In this document: in pieces, positions 60,763 through 64,000 of the stretch | How positions within the stretch are numbered: the stretch's first letter is position 1 | How the letters are laid out: every line of letters begins with the position of its first letter | Assembly: GCA_937968015.1 (NCBI GenBank) | Contig: CALBSO010000059.1 | Coordinates: 14,075-78,074, forward strand | DNA: 64,000 nucleotides | Source of the DNA: an uncultured Thermomicrobia bacterium | GTDB taxonomy: Bacteria; Chloroflexota; Chloroflexia; Thermomicrobiales; JALYUS01 | Direction of reading: 5' to 3' | Program-made: the position numbers and the translations under genes | The notes under the pieces: generated by a model | Databases searched by the model: none | Told to the model about the DNA's origin: nothing | The model's input: the letters and a program-made list of their open reading frames with translations, nothing else

Positions 60763-61695
60763 GTGGCTGATGTTTCTGTCCGGCTGGAACGGTCGGTGCT
60801 GCTCGTGCCGGCGTCGAACCCGCGGATGATCGAGAAGGCGGTCGCATCTGCCGCCGATGCCGTCTGCATTGACCTGGAGGACGCGGTCGCGCCGAGCGAG
60901 AAGGAGGCGAGCCGCGCTCATGTCATCCATGCCTTGCACACCCTCAATTTTGGCCACAGCCTGCGGATGTATCGCATCAACGCGCTCGACACACCCTATG
61001 CCTATCGGGACCTGATCGAGATCGTCGAGGCGGCGGGAGACCGTCTCGACCTCGTCGTTGTGCCGAAGGTGGAGCGGGCGGAAGATGTCTACGTGATCGA
61101 GACGCTGCTCCGGCAGATCGCGATGGCGAAGGGCTTCCACAATCAGATCGGCATCGAAGTACAGATCGAGACGGCGCTCGGCTGCGTGAACGCGAATGCC
61201 ATCGCCGCCTGCTCGGCGCAAGTCGAGGCAATTCTCTACGGTCCAGGCGATTACGCCGCCTCTCTCCAGATGCCGATGGACTCCATCGGCGCGCTCGATG
61301 CGAGCGACGATCTCTATCCGGGCCACCGCTGGCACGCGATCATGCAGGCGGTCGTCGTGGCGGCGCGGGCGTACGGGAAACGGTGCATAGACGGGCCATA
61401 TGCGCCCTTCCGCGACGCGGAGGGCTTCGAGAAAGTCTGCGAGATCGCCCGCGTGATGGGTTTCGACGGCAAATGGGCCATCCATCCAAGCCAGATCGAG
61501 ACCCTGAACCGTGTCTTCTCGCTACCGGAGTCGCAAGTGACGTGGGCGCGACGCGTGCTTGATGCGTATGAGGAAGCGATGCGCGCGGGCAAGGGCGCGA
61601 TCACCGTGGACGGCACGATGGTGGACGCCGCCTCCCTCCGCGTCGCCCGCGCCATCGTGCAGAAGAGTATGTTGGCAGCGGCCCGCAACGGATGA
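60763..61695 (+). CDS. HpcH/HpaI-CitE family acyl-CoA lyase (malyl-/beta-methylmalyl-/citramalyl-CoA lyase-like)
   Basis: RSVLLVPASNPRMIEKA...DAVCIDLEDAVAP...VVVPKVE...GPGDYAAS...DGKWAIHPSQI...VDGTMVDAAS. Confidence 0.85.
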   Translation: MADVSVRLERSVLLVPASNPRMIEKAVASAADAVCIDLEDAVAPSEKEASRAHVIHALHTLNFGHSLRMYRINALDTPYAYRDLIEIVEAAGDRLDLVVVPKVERAEDVYVIETLLRQIAMAKGFHNQIGIEVQIETALGCVNANAIAACSAQVEAILYGPGDYAASLQMPMDSIGALDASDDLYPGHRWHAIMQAVVVAARAYGKRCIDGPYAPFRDAEGFEKVCEIARVMGFDGKWAIHPSQIETLNRVFSLPESQVTWARRVLDAYEEAMRAGKGAITVDGTMVDAASLRVARAIVQKSMLAAARNG

Positions 61696-61708
61696 CAGTG
61701 GACGCCGC

Positions 61709-62482
61709 TCACCCAATCGCATAGCGGATAAAGGCGAGCATGTCCGTCATGTTGTCGGGGCGTTTGTCGTGCCGCCAGACGAGGGCTTTGGCGATCAATG
61801 CGGGCCACGGTGGGGGCAGGATCGCTTGTGCCCAGGTCGCCGCTGCCGGCTTGGAAACGACTTCGCCGTGTGCCAGCGTGTAGAGCGCGCGGCACATCGT
61901 CAGGATCGCGAAGGCCTGGTACTCGCGCGTGCGCAGCCACTCCGGCTCCGGCCCGGCCAGGGTCGGGCGCCAGTAATCGTCGAGCGCCTGCCGCGCCGCC
62001 GCCGATAGGTCATCCGACGATACGGGATCAATCAGTGTCTGCGGTGGTGATCCGTACACGACCACGCCGTGCTCCCGGACGATATATCGCTCGATGACCC
62101 AATGACAGCCATGCTCGCGGATGCTGAACGGCCAGTCTGCGCCGATGGTCGGGTGCCGGTTGTTCGCAGGGTCGTAGCGACGCAGGGCAGCACGCGGGAT
62201 ATAGGAGCCTTCCAGTTTGCCCGCCCACTTCAGCCCGCTCGCGGCAATTCGCGCGTGCATCGCGCCCAACGCGTGGAGCATTTCATCGGGCAGTTCGCGC
62301 TCAGTGACGACAAGGAAATCAATGTCGCTGCTGCCCGGTTCGAAATCGCCGAGTGAGAGCGACCCGTACAGGTATATCCCAGCCAGTTCCGGCCCCAGTA
62401 TTCCACGTACTTCCTCAAGCAGGAGACGGAGAACGGCGTTGACAACGGAGTATGGGGTCGGATCCGTGCCGGGAGTAACCAT
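61709..62482 (-). CDS. Nucleotidyltransferase plus DUF4111 protein (ANT(3'')/AadA-like aminoglycoside adenylyltransferase family)
   Basis: LYGSLSLGDFEPGSSDIDFLVV (GS...D.D NTase motif) and an AadA-like C-terminal helical domain. Confidence 0.7.
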   Translation of the reverse strand: MVTPGTDPTPYSVVNAVLRLLLEEVRGILGPELAGIYLYGSLSLGDFEPGSSDIDFLVVTERELPDEMLHALGAMHARIAASGLKWAGKLEGSYIPRAALRRYDPANNRHPTIGADWPFSIREHGCHWVIERYIVREHGVVVYGSPPQTLIDPVSSDDLSAAARQALDDYWRPTLAGPEPEWLRTREYQAFAILTMCRALYTLAHGEVVSKPAAATWAQAILPPPWPALIAKALVWRHDKRPDNMTDMLAFIRYAIG

Positions 62483-62491
62483 GGGTTGGGC

Positions 62492-62890
62492 CTATATCGG
62501 TTGATAGAGTTTGAGATCGGGAATCCGCTCGAAGTGCCGCATATTGAACGTCAGCACGGTCAGATCGTGATAGAGAGCGGTCGCGGCGATCATCACATCA
62601 AACTCTGAAATCATTTCGCCATAGCGGCGGAGAAACGCGCGGAGTTCGCCGAAGTGTGTGGCGATTCCGTCATTGAGATCAAGGAAACGAAACGGGCTAA
62701 GAAAATGGCGAAAGAGCGCGATTCGAGCGTCCGGATTCACCAAGTTATATGCGCCCTCGTAGACTTCAGCAACGGTTATCCAACTGACCGAGATGCGACG
62801 CGGCGCGATCCGCCGTAGTGTTTGTGCCGCAACCGGCTGGCCTCTGGTCGCTTGGATGATCCAATCCGCATCAAGCAGATAGGACATCAA
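62492..62890 (-). CDS. vapC: PIN-domain toxin VapC
   Basis: MMSYLLDADWII (Asp 1), ITVAEVYEG, DVMIAATAL, LTFNMRHFERI. ATGA overlap with the upstream antitoxin. Low local GC. Confidence 0.8.
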   Translation of the reverse strand: MMSYLLDADWIIQATRGQPVAAQTLRRIAPRRISVSWITVAEVYEGAYNLVNPDARIALFRHFLSPFRFLDLNDGIATHFGELRAFLRRYGEMISEFDVMIAATALYHDLTVLTFNMRHFERIPDLKLYQPI

Positions 62891-63162
62891 GGACGATCCA
62901 CGGGCCGCGAACCTTCTTCCCGTGCGCGGTAGATCGCCGTAAGCATTCGCTCCGCTTCTTCTTCGGACAGCGTTCCAATTGTTGCATCGAGTACACGTTG
63001 ATATTCTTCCTCACTCATCTCCGGCCAATGCTCCTCTTCACGGCTCAAGAGATAGCGCACGCCGTTCTTTTCGAGAATGAGCGGCGATCCGCTCGCTTCA
63101 TCCAGCAGGTGACCAAGTTCGCTATCCGGTTCAACATTGATCGTCTTTGGTTCGCGGAGCAT
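62887..63162 (-). CDS. Antitoxin partner of VapC (family not assigned)
   Basis: 91-aa acidic protein, translationally coupled (4-nt overlap) to vapC. Confidence 0.6.
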   Translation of the reverse strand: MLREPKTINVEPDSELGHLLDEASGSPLILEKNGVRYLLSREEEHWPEMSEEEYQRVLDATIGTLSEEEAERMLTAIYRAREEGSRPVDRP

Positions 63163-63370
63163 ACCGTTTCCGTCCTTTCACTCTTGCATACGATTATAGC
63201 AGGCCACGCCAACCTCGCTATTTCGTGTGCCGAATGATAGGGTGTTGGACAATCACCTGTGAGGAACGGATACTGGGCCGTGTCGTGGCACGGTGGATGC
63301 GCCAGGGGTTCGGTACGGCGTCGGGTGATGCCGGGCGCATGTCGTCGCGCGAACCACATGAGGAGGAGCT

Positions 63371-64000
63371 ATGGGCCAGGTCGTGCTCGGGCTTGTCTTC
63401 CACAATCATCAGCCAATCGGCAACTTCGGCTGGGTCAATGAGGAACATTACGAGAAGGCGTACCTGCCGATGGTCGCCGCGCTCGAACGGTATCCGGGCG
63501 TGCGCGTCGGCCTCCATTACACTGGCTCGCTCCTCGATTGGGTGCGTCAGACGCACCCCGATCTGCTCGATCGCATCCGTGCCCTGGCCGAGCGGGGGCA
63601 AATCGAGGTGGTCGGCGGCGGCTTTTACGAGCCGGTGCTTGCCGTCTTGCCGGAGGTAGATCGGGTTGGGCAGGTGCGCGCCCTTGCCGACGCAGTCCAG
63701 CGGACCTTCGGCACGACGCCAACCGGCATGTGGCTGGCGGAGCGCGTCTGGGAACCGGGGCTGCCGCATTCGCTCGTGGAGGCCGGGATGCAGTGGACCA
63801 TCGTGGACGACACGCACCTGCTCGCCTCCGGTGTCGGCCCGGACGATCTCTACGGCTACTACCTGACCGAGGATGACGGGCGGCCAATTGGCGTCTTCCC
63901 CTCGCTCTATACGCTCCGCTATACCGTGCCATGGCGGCCCGTCGAGGAGACTATTGCTTTCCTGCGCGGATTGGCGGAGAACGCTCCCGAGGGCCGCCCG
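63371..64000 (+). CDS. GH57-family alpha-glucan-active enzyme (amylase / 4-alpha-glucanotransferase / branching type), 5' part, runs off the right edge
   Basis: AGGAGG 4 nt upstream of the ATG. My own translation gives VFHNHQPIGNF, HYTGSLLDW, GGGFYEPVL, MWLAERVWEP (nucleophile Glu region), with no stop before the window end. It is absent from the supplied ORF track, presumably because it is open-ended. Confidence 0.85.
   Translation, partial: MGQVVLGLVFHNHQPIGNFGWVNEEHYEKAYLPMVAALERYPGVRVGLHYTGSLLDWVRQTHPDLLDRIRALAERGQIEVVGGGFYEPVLAVLPEVDRVGQVRALADAVQRTFGTTPTGMWLAERVWEPGLPHSLVEAGMQWTIVDDTHLLASGVGPDDLYGYYLTEDDGRPIGVFPSLYTLRYTVPWRPVEETIAFLRGLAENAPEGRP

Noticed and set aside
59785-61485. 566-aa minus-strand ORF
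   Set aside because: It is antisense to three motif-supported genes (DUF1330, MaoC, lyase). Its composition is arginine- and aspartate-heavy and it has no family signature.

Overview
This is a high-GC (about two-thirds G+C by eye) bacterial chromosomal segment with about 60 protein-coding genes. I found no rRNA, tRNA or CRISPR array and no recognisable transposase or integrase. The gene content suggests a monoderm, Chloroflexota-like or Actinomycetota-like organism, but that is inference only: HemQ, an archaeal-type AspRS behind a T-box, a KaiC-like ATPase, GH57, and many Tat-lipoprotein signals.

The core content, in order:
- A split comD/comE-like TPP decarboxylase pair.
- gap-pgk-tpiA.
- Two ferritin-like paralogs beside an ECF sigma/anti-sigma pair.
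- A PIG-L deacetylase, hemQ, glpD and phnDCE.
- A PBP5-type carboxypeptidase and rluB-cmk-plsC.
- ndk, MFS transporters, and a peptide-type ABC operon with two paralogous binding proteins.
- azlCD, a MocR regulator, a GH39-like Tat lipoprotein, nrnA, and divergently transcribed fpg and a mutY-like gene.
- A co-directional block: lipase-like, HprK-like, Ppx/GppA, two CHAD genes, KaiC-like, receiver, MshC-like cysteine ligase, T-box aspS.
- gpmA.
- An acyl-CoA dehydrogenase / CoA-transferase / DUF1330 / MaoC / malyl-CoA-lyase-like cluster.
- An ANT-like nucleotidyltransferase, vapBC, and the 5' end of a GH57 gene.

The most unusual signals lie between and inside genes:
1. A dispersed family of hairpins whose arms are tandem 7-nt units. 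Some lie inside ORFs or bracket start codons.
2. A second family of C-rich/G-rich terminal-inverted-repeat elements. They fill whole intergenic spacers, end in SD-like sequence, and share an identical 25-mer.
3. A 569-nt perfectly identical tract inside two otherwise diverged binding-protein paralogs.
4. A Tat-lipoprotein glycosidase whose signal peptide can only be translated from a CTG codon coupled to the upstream stop.
5. A CHAD gene split by one in-frame TAG that is itself part of an SD.
6. Three toxin-antitoxin loci in different states of decay, plus a PhzF mini-ORF remnant.
7. Tight translational coupling of KaiC-like, receiver and MshC-like genes.

All family assignments come from reading motifs in the supplied translations. 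No database search was run.
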